Shown here piece after piece: positions 50,096-60,809 of a stretch of 64,000 nucleotides of DNA. The translations under genes and the position numbers were made by a program. Source of the stretch: Escherichia coli (GTDB lineage: Bacteria; Pseudomonadota; Gammaproteobacteria; Enterobacterales; Enterobacteriaceae); the NCBI RefSeq assembly GCF_003334305.1, contig NZ_QOWS01000009.1. One strand, 5' to 3'. The notes under the pieces are model-generated. The model was given only the letters and a program-made list of their open reading frames with translations, was not told where the DNA came from and searched no databases. The first letter of the stretch is position 1. Every line of letters begins with the position of its first letter.

Positions 50096-52414
50096 ATGAA
50101 AATTAGCGATGGAAACTGGTTGATTCAACCTGGCCTCAATTTGATTCACCCGCTTCAGGTGTTCGAGGTTGAACAGCAGGATAATGAAATGGTGGTCTAT
50201 GCTGCCCCCCGTGATGTGCGTGAACGTACCTGGCAGCTTGATACGCCTTTATTTACGTTGCGCTTTTTCTCCCCACAGGAAGGTATTGTCGGTGTGCGGA
50301 TTGAGCATTTTCAGGGGGCGCTGAATAACGGTCCTCATTATCCGCTCAATATTTTGCAGGACGTGAAGGTCACAATCGAAAACACAGAACGTTATGCTGA
50401 GTTTAAAAGTGGCAACTTAAGCGCGCGTGTCAGCAAAGGTGAGTTCTGGTCACTGGATTTTCTGCGCAACGGCGAACGTATTACCGGTAGTCAGGTGAAA
50501 AATAATGGCTACGTGCAGGACACGAATAATCAACGCAATTATATGTTTGAGCGGCTTGATCTTGGCGTTGGCGAAACAGTTTACGGTCTGGGAGAGCGCT
50601 TTACTGCCCTGGTGCGCAATGGCCAGACGGTAGAGACCTGGAACCGGGACGGCGGCACAAGTACTGAACAGGCGTATAAAAATATCCCGTTCTACATGAC
50701 TAACCGTGGTTATGGGGTACTGGTCAATCATCCCCAGTGTGTCTCTTTTGAAGTGGGATCGGAGAAAGTCTCCAAAGTGCAGTTCAGCGTTGAGAGTGAA
50801 TATCTCGAATACTTTGTTATCGACGGCCCGACGCCGAAAGCGGTACTTGATCGTTATACCCGCTTTACTGGTCGTCCGGCGCTGCCGCCCGCGTGGTCCT
50901 TCGGCCTGTGGCTAACCACTTCATTTACCACCAACTACGACGAAGCGACGGTAAACAGCTTTATCGATGGTATGGCGGAACGCAATCTGCCGCTGCATGT
51001 TTTCCACTTTGACTGTTTCTGGATGAAAGCCTTCCAGTGGTGCGATTTTGAGTGGGACCCGCTGACTTTCCCTGACCCGGAAGGGATGATCCGCCGCCTG
51101 AAAGCGAAAGGGCTGAAAATCTGCGTCTGGATTAACCCCTATATCGGTCAAAAATCCCCCGTCTTTAAAGAGTTACAAGAGAAAGGCTATTTACTCAAAC
51201 GCCCCGACGGTTCGCTATGGCAGTGGGATAAATGGCAGCCAGGTCTGGCGATTTATGACTTTACCAATCCGGATGCCTGCAAATGGTACGCCGACAAACT
51301 GAAAGGTCTGGTCGCGATGGGCGTTGATTGCTTTAAGACCGACTTTGGCGAACGTATCCCAACTGATGTTCAGTGGTTTGACGGTTCCGATCCGCAGAAA
51401 ATGCATAACCATTATGCGTACATCTACAACGAACTGGTGTGGAACGTGCTCAAGGACACCGTTGGTGAGGAAGAAGCTGTCTTGTTTGCCCGCTCGGCCT
51501 CCGTCGGTGCGCAGAAATTCCCGGTACACTGGGGTGGCGATTGTTACGCTAACTACGAATCAATGGCGGAAAGCCTGCGCGGTGGTTTGTCTATTGGCCT
51601 TTCAGGTTTTGGCTTCTGGAGCCACGATATCGGCGGCTTTGAAAATACCGCTCCGGCGCACGTTTACAAACGCTGGTGCGCGTTTGGTTTGCTCTCCAGC
51701 CATAGCCGTTTACACGGTAGCAAATCTTATCGTGTGCCGTGGGCCTACGATGATGAGTCCTGTGATGTGGTGCGCTTCTTCACGCAACTGAAATGCCGCA
51801 TGATGCCGTATCTGTATCGTGAAGCTGCGCGTGCGAACGCGCGGGGTACGCCGATGATGCGGGCCATGATGATGGAGTTCCCGGACGATCCGGCTTGTGA
51901 TTACCTTGACCGTCAATACATGTTAGGCGACAACGTGATGGTTGCGCCGGTGTTCACTGAAGCGGGCGATGTGCAGTTCTACCTGCCGGAAGGTCGCTGG
52001 ACACACCTGTGGCACAACGATGAACTCGACGGTAGTCGCTGGCATAAACAGCAGCACGGCTTCCTGAGTCTGCCCGTTTATGTGCGTGATAACACTCTAC
52101 TGGCGCTGGGCAACAACGATCAACGTCCCGATTACGTGTGGCACGAAGGCACGGCATTCCACCTCTTTAATCTGCAAGACGGGCATGAAGCCGTCTGTGA
52201 AGTGCCCGCTACTGACGGATCGGTGATCTTTACTTTAAAAGCAGCACGTACTGGCAACACGATTACTGTGACTGGTGCGGGCGAGGCGAAGAACTGGACG
52301 CTGTGCCTGCGCAATGTTGTGAAAGTAAATGGTCTGCAAGACGGTTCGCAGGCTGAAAGTGAGCAGGGGCTGGTGGTGAAGCCTCAAGGGAATGCGCTGA
52401 CAATTACGTTGTAA
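50096..52414 (+). CDS. yicI: Alpha-xylosidase (GH31)
   Basis: 772-aa ORF, co-directional 9 bp after yicJ. Confidence 0.9.
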
Positions 52415-52428
52415 TCTATTGATGGAAT

Positions 52429-52456
52429 GCCGGGTACGTCTGAGTCGTACCCGGCG
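52429..52456. terminator. Bidirectional hairpin between yicI and yicH
   Basis: Perfect inverted repeat gccgggtacg ... cgtacccggc. Confidence 0.6.
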
Positions 52457-52466
52457 AGATTGATGT

Positions 52467-54176
52467 TTACCGCACCGGCTCCGTCGATGTAACTTCACCG
52501 CTGGAAACGATGCCAGCATTCATGGTTTGAGTCACTTGCTGCTTTGCGGCGTTCACGGCATGCAATTGCCCGCTAACCGTAGGTTTCAACGGGACATTGG
52601 CCTGAATATCGCCACTGGCGGTAAGCTGAATATTGCCGTCGCCAGTCAACGGTAATTTAGGCCATCCCCACTGTTGCAAAATATTCACCGGCACACCGCG
52701 TCCATTCAGGCTGATATGTGTCTGACGTTGTGGCGTTTGTGAAACACTGGCGGTGGCTTCCAGAATGCCTTTTTCAGTAAATGCACTCAGTTCGCTGATA
52801 TTCACCGTGCTGCTGTTGGCGGTCAGCGCCAGCGACGGGCGACGAACATCAACACGATTGAATGTCGCGGCGGCGGCATTCAGATTCGCCGAGCCACTCC
52901 AGACGCCCCATTTATGATCGGTAACCAGCGTCAGGTTGGCACCGTAACCATCGAGCGTGGTGAGCTGCCACGGGAAGTCAGGGTCGATATCAATGATCAG
53001 ATTGCGGCTGGCGCTAAATCTCTTCAGTTGCAGGCTGTTTAACCAACCGGGTGTCGTTTCCATCCACAACTGTTGCCAGTTTTTCGGCAAGGTATATTCC
53101 AGCCCGGCAATTGCCGCATCATCAAGGATCAACGTTTTCCCGTCACGCAGCCAGTTCCCTGACGTTCTGACCATACCCCCTTCCCAGCGGCTGGTGAACT
53201 GGCGCAGCGCTACGCCCTGCGGGGAAAATTCCGCGTTTATAATCGGGTCAAATAAATGCAGCGAACCATAAATGAACTCTCTAGCGTTCATCGACAGTTT
53301 GCCTTCTTGTGTCTGCCAGTCATCTTTACTGAAGGTCATGTTGCGCAAGCTGAGATCGAGGTCGGTCACCGCCCAGTCCGGACCTTGCAAACGAGCATCG
53401 ATCACTTCCAGGCGACCAATCTGCAACGACGGGACAGAGCGTAATGGCGCAAAGAAGTCGGTTAGCGATTTTTCGCTTTGTAGACGTATATCCGCCATGC
53501 GCAGGTTTTCCACTTGCCAGCTGCCGTCGGCGTTACGCTGCGCGTTTCCGGTTAATGTCCCGCGGGCGATGTCGGCACCCAGGTTAGTCAGCGTAACGCG
53601 ATCATTATCAATACTGCCTTCAATCAGTACATTGGTGGCAGGAACATCATTGAGCGAAAGCGATCCGGCACTAAACTGAATCTGCGCCTTCGTACCCAGC
53701 ACTTTACCGGCTTCTGGTGACCACGGAACCACGCCGCCATTTACCCGCTGCGCGCTCAGTTTCCATTCGCTATTCGGGCTATTAAACGCCATATCACGCA
53801 GTTGCAGACGATCGGCTTTGAACGGTAGCGGCGCGGTCTGGTCGGTGAGATTCAGCGTCCCGTTTTCCAGCAGGATGGTATCGACATGGCGTGGTTCGGT
53901 CAGTTGCCGACTGCTTAGCGCAATGTCGACACTTTTTGCCACCAGGGTCGCGGGCTGACCATCACGACCAAACGTGACGTTCTCCAGCACGATATGAGAT
54001 GGCGCGGAAAAACGGTGATCCATCGCCCCGAAGGCCAGATGATAGTCGCTATTCTCGGAAACCCATGCGCTGATATGTTCTGCTCCCCAGCGGGTTTGCA
54101 GAAGAAAATAGAGGCCAGCGATCACCACTAACAGAGCGATGAGAATGTAGAGAAGCAGCTTCCCAATAAATTTCAT
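52467..54176 (-). CDS. yicH: AsmA-family protein YicH
   Basis: Track ORF 52467..54200; start at MKFIGKLLLYILIALLVVIAG (N-terminal TM anchor), 569 aa. Confidence 0.85.
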   Translation of the reverse strand: MKFIGKLLLYILIALLVVIAGLYFLLQTRWGAEHISAWVSENSDYHLAFGAMDHRFSAPSHIVLENVTFGRDGQPATLVAKSVDIALSSRQLTEPRHVDTILLENGTLNLTDQTAPLPFKADRLQLRDMAFNSPNSEWKLSAQRVNGGVVPWSPEAGKVLGTKAQIQFSAGSLSLNDVPATNVLIEGSIDNDRVTLTNLGADIARGTLTGNAQRNADGSWQVENLRMADIRLQSEKSLTDFFAPLRSVPSLQIGRLEVIDARLQGPDWAVTDLDLSLRNMTFSKDDWQTQEGKLSMNAREFIYGSLHLFDPIINAEFSPQGVALRQFTSRWEGGMVRTSGNWLRDGKTLILDDAAIAGLEYTLPKNWQQLWMETTPGWLNSLQLKRFSASRNLIIDIDPDFPWQLTTLDGYGANLTLVTDHKWGVWSGSANLNAAAATFNRVDVRRPSLALTANSSTVNISELSAFTEKGILEATASVSQTPQRQTHISLNGRGVPVNILQQWGWPKLPLTGDGNIQLTASGDIQANVPLKPTVSGQLHAVNAAKQQVTQTMNAGIVSSGEVTSTEPVR

Positions 54177-54296
54177 GGTCTTCCATCCCGTGAAATGCAC
54201 ATAAGGGAGTTATGCACGATTTACGCGCAATCCTCAAGGCGGGAATGGTGAAAGAGGTGAGACTGCGGCGGTAATTATCTTACCGCCGCCAGTGAA

Positions 54297-55688
54297 TTAC
54301 TGTTTTTCTGGTGGGAAAATCAGATTCAGCACGATGGCAGTAATACCGCCCGCGGCGATCCCGGAGGAGAGCAGGTTTTTCAGCCATTCAGGGGCAAACT
54401 GCAAAATCAGCGGCTGCTGAGACACGCCCAGACCAACCGCCAGCGACAGCGCGATAATCAGAATCGCCCGACGGTTCAGCGGCTCACGAGAAACGATACG
54501 CACACCGGAGGCGGCGATGGTGCCAAACATTACAAGCGTTGCGCCGCCCAGAACCGGTTCTGGAATGTGTTGTACAAAACCGCTCACTGCCGGGAACAGA
54601 CCCAGCACGATCAACATCAGCGCGACGACAAAACCGACATAGCGGCTGGCAACACCAGTCAACTGGATCACTCCGTTGTTTTGCCCGAAGCAGGAGTTCG
54701 GGAAGGTGTTAAACACCGCCGAAACAAACGAGTTCAGGCCGTTTGCCAGCACGCCGCCTTTCAGGCGTTTCATGTACAGCGGACCGGACACTGGCTGTTC
54801 GGAAACGTCAGAGGTCGCCGTGATATCGCCAATGGTTTCCAGCGAAGTGATCATAAAGACCAGCATCAGCGGCAGCAGCAGACTCCATTCAATGCCAAGA
54901 CCGTAATAGAGCGGCGTTGGCACCATAATCAGTTCTTGCGTCATCGGTTCGTTGCTTTCTGGCAACATGCCCATAAACCACGCCAGCGCATATCCGGCCG
55001 CCATCGCAATCACCAGTGAGGCCACGCGTAAGTAAGGGTTACGTTGACGGTTAAGCAGGATAATTAAGGCTAAGACCACGCCTGCCAGCAGCAGATTTTT
55101 CGGTGCGCCGAAGGTGTTATCGCTCATGGCTGCGTAACCGCCGCCAATGGACGTTAACCCAACCTGAATTAGCGACAGGCCGATAATCATCACCACAACG
55201 CCAGAAACCAGCGGCGTAATAATGCGGCGCGCCAGATGCAGAACGCGGGAGAGCACCATCTCGGTGCAACTTGCCAGCATCAACGTGCCGAACAAAGCCG
55301 CCATCATGGTAGGAACATCAGCACCACCGGTTTTCAGCGCGGTACCGCCCATAATCAGCGGGGCAACAAAGTTGAAGCTGGTGCCCTGAATAGACAACAG
55401 CCCGGAGCCAACCGGACCCCAGGCCTTAATTTGAATAATCGATGCCACACCGGAGGCAAACAGCGACATACTAATAATGTGTTGCGTGTCTTGTGCCGGT
55501 AAACCCAGCGCCTGGCAGATTAATAGCGCTGGCGTGATCACCGCAACGAACATCGCCAGCAGATGCTGACAGGCGGCAAACAGGGTTTGAGGAAGCGGCG
55601 GACGATCTTCAAGACGGTAAATCAGTTCGCTGTTTTGAGTCTGCGCAACCGGTTGCGCATTTTCTGACTCGAGGGTGGAAACAGACAT
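54297..55688 (-). CDS. xanP: Xanthine permease XanP (NCS2 family)
   Basis: Track ORF 54297..55697; start at [10 protein letters not shown] to give 463 aa. Confidence 0.9.
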   Translation of the reverse strand: MSVSTLESENAQPVAQTQNSELIYRLEDRPPLPQTLFAACQHLLAMFVAVITPALLICQALGLPAQDTQHIISMSLFASGVASIIQIKAWGPVGSGLLSIQGTSFNFVAPLIMGGTALKTGGADVPTMMAALFGTLMLASCTEMVLSRVLHLARRIITPLVSGVVVMIIGLSLIQVGLTSIGGGYAAMSDNTFGAPKNLLLAGVVLALIILLNRQRNPYLRVASLVIAMAAGYALAWFMGMLPESNEPMTQELIMVPTPLYYGLGIEWSLLLPLMLVFMITSLETIGDITATSDVSEQPVSGPLYMKRLKGGVLANGLNSFVSAVFNTFPNSCFGQNNGVIQLTGVASRYVGFVVALMLIVLGLFPAVSGFVQHIPEPVLGGATLVMFGTIAASGVRIVSREPLNRRAILIIALSLAVGLGVSQQPLILQFAPEWLKNLLSSGIAAGGITAIVLNLIFPPEKQ

Positions 55689-55967
55689 CGAAAACAATCC
55701 CGTGGTAGCAAAGCGGGCATTTTAGCTGACCGAAAGAGAAAAGCAAACGTTTGCCACATCCTCATCTAAATATTTAAATGAGATAAATGCACTTTTTTAT
55801 ATAACTTTTGGTATTTTTCTGCTTAAAATCCATGCCATTTGTTCATTAACAGCTGAGAATTTGACCCAGGAAAGCATAACTCGATACCCGTCATAGTTCA
55901 TGAAGTTGCCACTGCGCGATGAAGTATGACGAGTATGAAAGAGTGATGCGGATACAAAGGAGTAACT

Positions 55968-57173
55968 ATGTTTCATCTCGATACTTTAGCAACGCTTGTT
56001 GCCGCAACGCTGACGTTGCTGCTCGGGCGTAAGTTGGTCCATTCCGTCTCCTTTTTGAAGAAATACACCATACCGGAACCTGTTGCGGGTGGTTTGTTGG
56101 TGGCGCTGGCGCTACTAGTACTGAAAAAAAGCATGGGCTGGGAAGTCAACTTTGATATGTCCCTGCGCGATCCGTTAATGCTGGCTTTCTTCGCCACCAT
56201 TGGCCTGAACGCCAACATTGCCAGTTTGCGTGCCGGTGGGCGTGTGGTTGGCATCTTCTTGATTGTGGTTGTTGGTCTGTTGGTGATGCAAAATGCCATT
56301 GGCATTGGTATGGCTAGCCTGTTAGGGCTTGATCCGCTGATGGGGCTGTTGGCCGGTTCTATTACGCTTTCCGGCGGTCACGGTACGGGCGCTGCGTGGA
56401 GTAAATTGTTCATTGAACGTTATGGCTTCACCAATGCGACGGAAGTGGCGATGGCCTGTGCAACGTTCGGTCTGGTGCTGGGCGGCTTGATTGGCGGTCC
56501 GGTGGCGCGCTATCTGGTGAAACACTCCACCACGCCGAACGGTATTCCGGATGACCAGGAAGTCCCGACGGCGTTTGAAAAGCCGGATGTGGGCCGCATG
56601 ATCACCTCGCTGGTGCTGATTGAAACTATCGCGCTGATTGCTATCTGCCTGACGGTGGGGAAAATTGTTGCGCAACTTTTGGCTGGCACTGCTTTTGAAC
56701 TGCCGACCTTCGTCTGTGTCCTGTTTGTTGGCGTGATTCTGAGCAACGGTCTGTCAATGATGGGCTTTTACCGCGTCTTTGAGCGTGCGGTATCCGTGCT
56801 GGGTAACGTAAGCCTGTCGTTGTTCCTGGCGATGGCGCTGATGGGGCTGAAACTGTGGGAGCTGGCTTCGCTGGCGCTGCCGATGCTGGCGATTCTGGTG
56901 GTACAGACCATCTTCATGGCGTTGTATGCCATCTTCGTTACCTGGCGCATGATGGGCAAAAACTACGATGCGGCAGTGCTGGCTGCGGGTCACTGTGGTT
57001 TTGGCCTCGGTGCAACGCCAACGGCAATCGCCAACATGCAGGCGATCACTGAACGCTTTGGCCCGTCGCACATGGCGTTTTTGGTGGTGCCGATGGTCGG
57101 TGCGTTCTTTATCGATATCGTCAATGCGCTGGTGATTAAGCTGTATTTAATGTTGCCGATTTTTGCCGGTTAA
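55968..57173 (+). CDS. gltS: Sodium/glutamate symporter GltS
   Basis: 401-aa ORF MFHLDTLATLVAATLTLLLGRKLV. Confidence 0.9.
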   Translation: MFHLDTLATLVAATLTLLLGRKLVHSVSFLKKYTIPEPVAGGLLVALALLVLKKSMGWEVNFDMSLRDPLMLAFFATIGLNANIASLRAGGRVVGIFLIVVVGLLVMQNAIGIGMASLLGLDPLMGLLAGSITLSGGHGTGAAWSKLFIERYGFTNATEVAMACATFGLVLGGLIGGPVARYLVKHSTTPNGIPDDQEVPTAFEKPDVGRMITSLVLIETIALIAICLTVGKIVAQLLAGTAFELPTFVCVLFVGVILSNGLSMMGFYRVFERAVSVLGNVSLSLFLAMALMGLKLWELASLALPMLAILVVQTIFMALYAIFVTWRMMGKNYDAAVLAAGHCGFGLGATPTAIANMQAITERFGPSHMAFLVVPMVGAFFIDIVNALVIKLYLMLPIFAG

Positions 57174-57175
57174 AA

Positions 57176-58042
57176 ATGAAAAAGCGTCGGAAGGAACCGG
57201 AAACGCTACGTGAACACTGTCGCCATATTTTTGGTGATGAGCCGCCAGTGCTCTGTGTATGGGAAACGGAATTTGATTACGCAGATGCCGAACTCAAGGC
57301 GCTGGCGGCTAAAGAGTGGCAGCAGATCAGCGTATGGGATTTGAGTGCTTACTATGTACTCAATCTCGTTTATAACGAACCGATGCAAATAGATTTGTTT
57401 CGCTATCTGTTTCCGCTCTGCCTGGCGCAATGGCATGAAACCGTTTTAGCTGGCGGTTATGGTGATCACTTCGAAGAATCCTTAATGAAGGCATTGTGTC
57501 GGCCCTATCTCTGGCAGGAGATGATGAATGCTTCCCAACGCCAGCAGGTACGGCAATTTTTACTGGACACCGCGTTGCAGCGTATGGATAACGAGCGTGG
57601 TTTCAATAACGTTCTTTGCTGGCTGGCGGTGTTCAATACTCTGGGTGGGGCCGCGCCGTTAATTCGTTCTCTCTGGTCGCGCTGGTGGGCGCTGGATACG
57701 CCAGGAAAAGCGGTGTGTGCTATTCAGTATGCCGCGCATCTAATTTATCCCATAGAAGCCAATCCGTTATGGTCGCAAGAATGGATAGGCTGGGGGCATC
57801 CATTAGGCCATAAAGATGGCTGGTCCTCTGATAATCGCGCTTTTCTTCGCCAAATGTTAACACCTGAAATGATTGTGGCTGGCGTACAGGCAGCGGCTGA
57901 AATTCTGCGTGGTGAACCGGAAGGCGCAATGGCGGCGCGAATTGCACAGGATGCGTATGAGGCAATGGATATCCTCACTATCCAGATTGAAGATTTACTG
58001 CGTGACTTGTCTTGTGATGAGTCTGGTCATGCGTTGGAGTAA
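57176..58042 (+). CDS. Hypothetical cytoplasmic protein (288 aa, Trp-rich, no recognised domain)
   Basis: Uninterrupted 288-codon ORF starting 2 nt after the gltS stop (TAA-AA-ATG) and ending 16 nt inside the convergent recG 3' end; no comparable ORF on the opposite strand; composition typical of E. coli. Confidence 0.5.
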   Translation: MKKRRKEPETLREHCRHIFGDEPPVLCVWETEFDYADAELKALAAKEWQQISVWDLSAYYVLNLVYNEPMQIDLFRYLFPLCLAQWHETVLAGGYGDHFEESLMKALCRPYLWQEMMNASQRQQVRQFLLDTALQRMDNERGFNNVLCWLAVFNTLGGAAPLIRSLWSRWWALDTPGKAVCAIQYAAHLIYPIEANPLWSQEWIGWGHPLGHKDGWSSDNRAFLRQMLTPEMIVAGVQAAAEILRGEPEGAMAARIAQDAYEAMDILTIQIEDLLRDLSCDESGHALE

Positions 58043-60108
58043 CGTTCCGTCTCCGGCATCCAGCGTTCTATCAGGGCTTTTGCTTGTTGTGGGTAACGTT
58101 CGTGAATATGTCGCGCCAGGCGCTGAACTTCCGGGATCATCGCCTGATCGCGCAGTAAATCCGCCACTTTAAATTCAGCATTACCCGTCTGACGCGTGCC
58201 TAACAATTCGCCAGGGCCGCGAATCTCCAGATCTTTTTGCGCAATCACAAAACCGTCGTTACTGTCGCGCAGCACTTGCAGGCGAATTTGCGCCGTTTTG
58301 GAGAGCGGCGTTTTGTAGAGCAGCACGCAGTGAGAAGCCACCGCGCCACGACCTACGCGCCCGCGCAGCTGGTGTAACTGCGCTAGACCCAGACGCTCAG
58401 GGTTTTCGATAATCATCAGACTGGCGTTAGGCACATCAACGCCGACTTCAATAACGGTAGTGGCAACCAGCAGTTGTAGCTCACCTTGTTTAAACGACGC
58501 CATCACCGCCTGTTTCTCGGCTGGTTTCATCCGCCCGTGTACCAGGCCAACATTCAATTCTGGTAGCGCCAGTTTCAACTCTTCCCAGGTAGCTTCCGCC
58601 GCCTGCGCTTCCAGTAACTCTGACTCTTCAATCAACGTACAAACCCAGTACGCCTGACGACCTTCAGTCATGCAGGCGTGGCGCACGCGGTCAATGATGT
58701 CGGTACGGCGGGTATCAGGAATAGCGACCGTAGTCACTGGCGTGCGGCCTGGCGGCAGCTCATCTATCACCGAGGTATCGAGATCGGCATACGCCGTCAT
58801 TGCCAGCGTGCGGGGGATCGGCGTGGCGGTCATGATCAACTGATGCGGATGGAAGCCCTGCTGCTGGCCTTTCTCCCACAATGCCAGACGCTGATGCACG
58901 CCAAAACGATGCTGTTCATCGATAATCACCAGCGCCAGACCGTTAAACTGCACCTGTTCCTGGAAGATGGCGTGTGTACCGACAATCATCTGCACCTGAC
59001 CGCTGGCGATGGCTTCCTGCTGTGCCAGTCGCGCTTTACCTTTCTGCTTACCGGCGAGCCAGCCCACTTCGATACCGAGCGGTGCAAACCAGTTGCGGAA
59101 GTTATTGGCGTGCTGCTCGGCGAGTAATTCGGTTGGTGCCATCAGGGCCACCTGTTTGCCGTGGGCAATCGCACGCAGCGCGGCGAGGGCGGCGACCAGT
59201 GTTTTACCGGAACCTACATCGCCCTGCACCAGGCGCATCATTGGAACATCCAGCGCCATATCATGCTCGATCTCCGCCACTACGCGTGCCTGTGCGCCCG
59301 TTGGCTTGAACGGTAAGGCGGCGAGGAGTTTATTTTTCAGCGCGTCATTGGCGCTCAGCGGCTGGGCATGAAAACGCTGTGCTCCGGCACGTAAGGCTAA
59401 CATGCTGAGGTTGTGCGCCAGCAGTTCTTCCAGAATCAGACGACGTTGCGCCGGATGCTGCCCGGTTTCCAGATCGCTAAGCTGTAGCGTCGGCGGCGGG
59501 CGGTGCAAAGTGCGCAACGCTTCCGGTAGCGTCATCATTCCTTGTGACAGTTCCGGCGGCAGGAGTTCTTCAATGGCGCAGGTGTCGAGCAGATCCAGCG
59601 CCTGGTCGGTTAATTTACGCAGCGTGGCCTGCTTTACGCCTTCCGTTGTTGGATAAACCGGCGTGAGCGTTTCCTGTAATTCTGGCGTGCTGAGATCGCC
59701 CTGCACGCGGTATTCCGGGTGGATCATCTCCGCACCATATTTACCGCGCTTTGCTTCGCCATAAGCCAGTACACGGCGGCCCGTCGCCAGGCTATTTTTC
59801 ATTGCCGCGCTGAAATTGAAAAAGCGCATGGTGAGGATGCCGGAACCGTCGCTGATCTGGCAGGTCATCATCCGCCGACCGCCGAAGGAGATATTGCAGT
59901 TCAGCACTTCGCCTTCCACCGTGGCATAAACGCCCGGCAGTAGTTCTCCGATGGGGTAGAGATGGGTGCGATCTTCGTAGCGCAGGGGAAGGTGTAAGAG
60001 TAGATCCTGCACGGTATGCAGGTTGATTTTCGCCAGTTTGTTACTAAGTGCTGCGCCAACGCCCGTTAGGGAACTGAGTGGGACAGCATCTAACAGGCGA
60101 CCTTTCAT
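58027..60108 (-). CDS. recG: ATP-dependent DNA helicase RecG
   Basis: Track ORF 58027..60141; start at MKGRLLDAVPLSSLTGVGA to give 693 aa; Walker A GDVGSGKT. Confidence 0.9.
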   Translation of the reverse strand: MKGRLLDAVPLSSLTGVGAALSNKLAKINLHTVQDLLLHLPLRYEDRTHLYPIGELLPGVYATVEGEVLNCNISFGGRRMMTCQISDGSGILTMRFFNFSAAMKNSLATGRRVLAYGEAKRGKYGAEMIHPEYRVQGDLSTPELQETLTPVYPTTEGVKQATLRKLTDQALDLLDTCAIEELLPPELSQGMMTLPEALRTLHRPPPTLQLSDLETGQHPAQRRLILEELLAHNLSMLALRAGAQRFHAQPLSANDALKNKLLAALPFKPTGAQARVVAEIEHDMALDVPMMRLVQGDVGSGKTLVAALAALRAIAHGKQVALMAPTELLAEQHANNFRNWFAPLGIEVGWLAGKQKGKARLAQQEAIASGQVQMIVGTHAIFQEQVQFNGLALVIIDEQHRFGVHQRLALWEKGQQQGFHPHQLIMTATPIPRTLAMTAYADLDTSVIDELPPGRTPVTTVAIPDTRRTDIIDRVRHACMTEGRQAYWVCTLIEESELLEAQAAEATWEELKLALPELNVGLVHGRMKPAEKQAVMASFKQGELQLLVATTVIEVGVDVPNASLMIIENPERLGLAQLHQLRGRVGRGAVASHCVLLYKTPLSKTAQIRLQVLRDSNDGFVIAQKDLEIRGPGELLGTRQTGNAEFKVADLLRDQAMIPEVQRLARHIHERYPQQAKALIERWMPETERYSNA

Positions 60109-60113
60109 GGCAC

Positions 60114-60803
60114 TTACCCTGCAGCCTGCATAGTAGCCCACCAGTCGGCATCAGCTTCGATCTCGCCTTGCTGATTGACGTGGGGATAAGGCAGGCCTTT
60201 GCGTTTTGCGACTTTCGCCAGCACCGGATAGCCGCCTTCAAACAACAGGCGTTGTTGCTCTGCTTCCGGCAACATGCTGTTTTCACGCAGGTACATGCCT
60301 GCATTTTGCCGCTGACGCTGGGCTTCGTAAAGAATGAGGGCTGAGGCAACGGAAACATTCAGCGACTGCACCATGCCGATCATCGGAATGATGATGTCCT
60401 GATCCGCCAGGGCCAATGCTTCCTGCGTGATGCCCGTTTTCTCCTGTCCCATCAAAATGCAGGTCGGGCGAGTGTAATCAATTTCGCGGAAATCGACAGC
60501 GTTATCAGAAAGATGGGTTGCCAGAATCTGCATGCCCTGGCCTTTGAGATGAGCGACGGCATCGCCAATGGTGCGGTGTGTTTTCACCTGTACCCAGCTG
60601 TTACTACCCGCCGCTGCCGAAGCCATGGTGCGCATGCGGCTACCAGGCCAGACGGCGTGAACTTCATGTACGCCAACGGCATCTGCGGTACGAATAATCG
60701 CAGAAACGTTATGAGGTTTGTGGACCTGCTCCATGCAGACGGTCAGATCAGGCTGCCGCCTGGCGAGCATTTCGCAGATGCGTGCATAACGTGTTGGGTT
60801 CAT
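60114..60803 (-). CDS. trmH: tRNA (Gm18) 2'-O-methyltransferase TrmH (SpoU)
   Basis: 229-aa ORF between spoT and recG. Confidence 0.9.
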   Translation of the reverse strand: MNPTRYARICEMLARRQPDLTVCMEQVHKPHNVSAIIRTADAVGVHEVHAVWPGSRMRTMASAAAGSNSWVQVKTHRTIGDAVAHLKGQGMQILATHLSDNAVDFREIDYTRPTCILMGQEKTGITQEALALADQDIIIPMIGMVQSLNVSVASALILYEAQRQRQNAGMYLRENSMLPEAEQQRLLFEGGYPVLAKVAKRKGLPYPHVNQQGEIEADADWWATMQAAG

Positions 60804-60809
60804 AAAACA

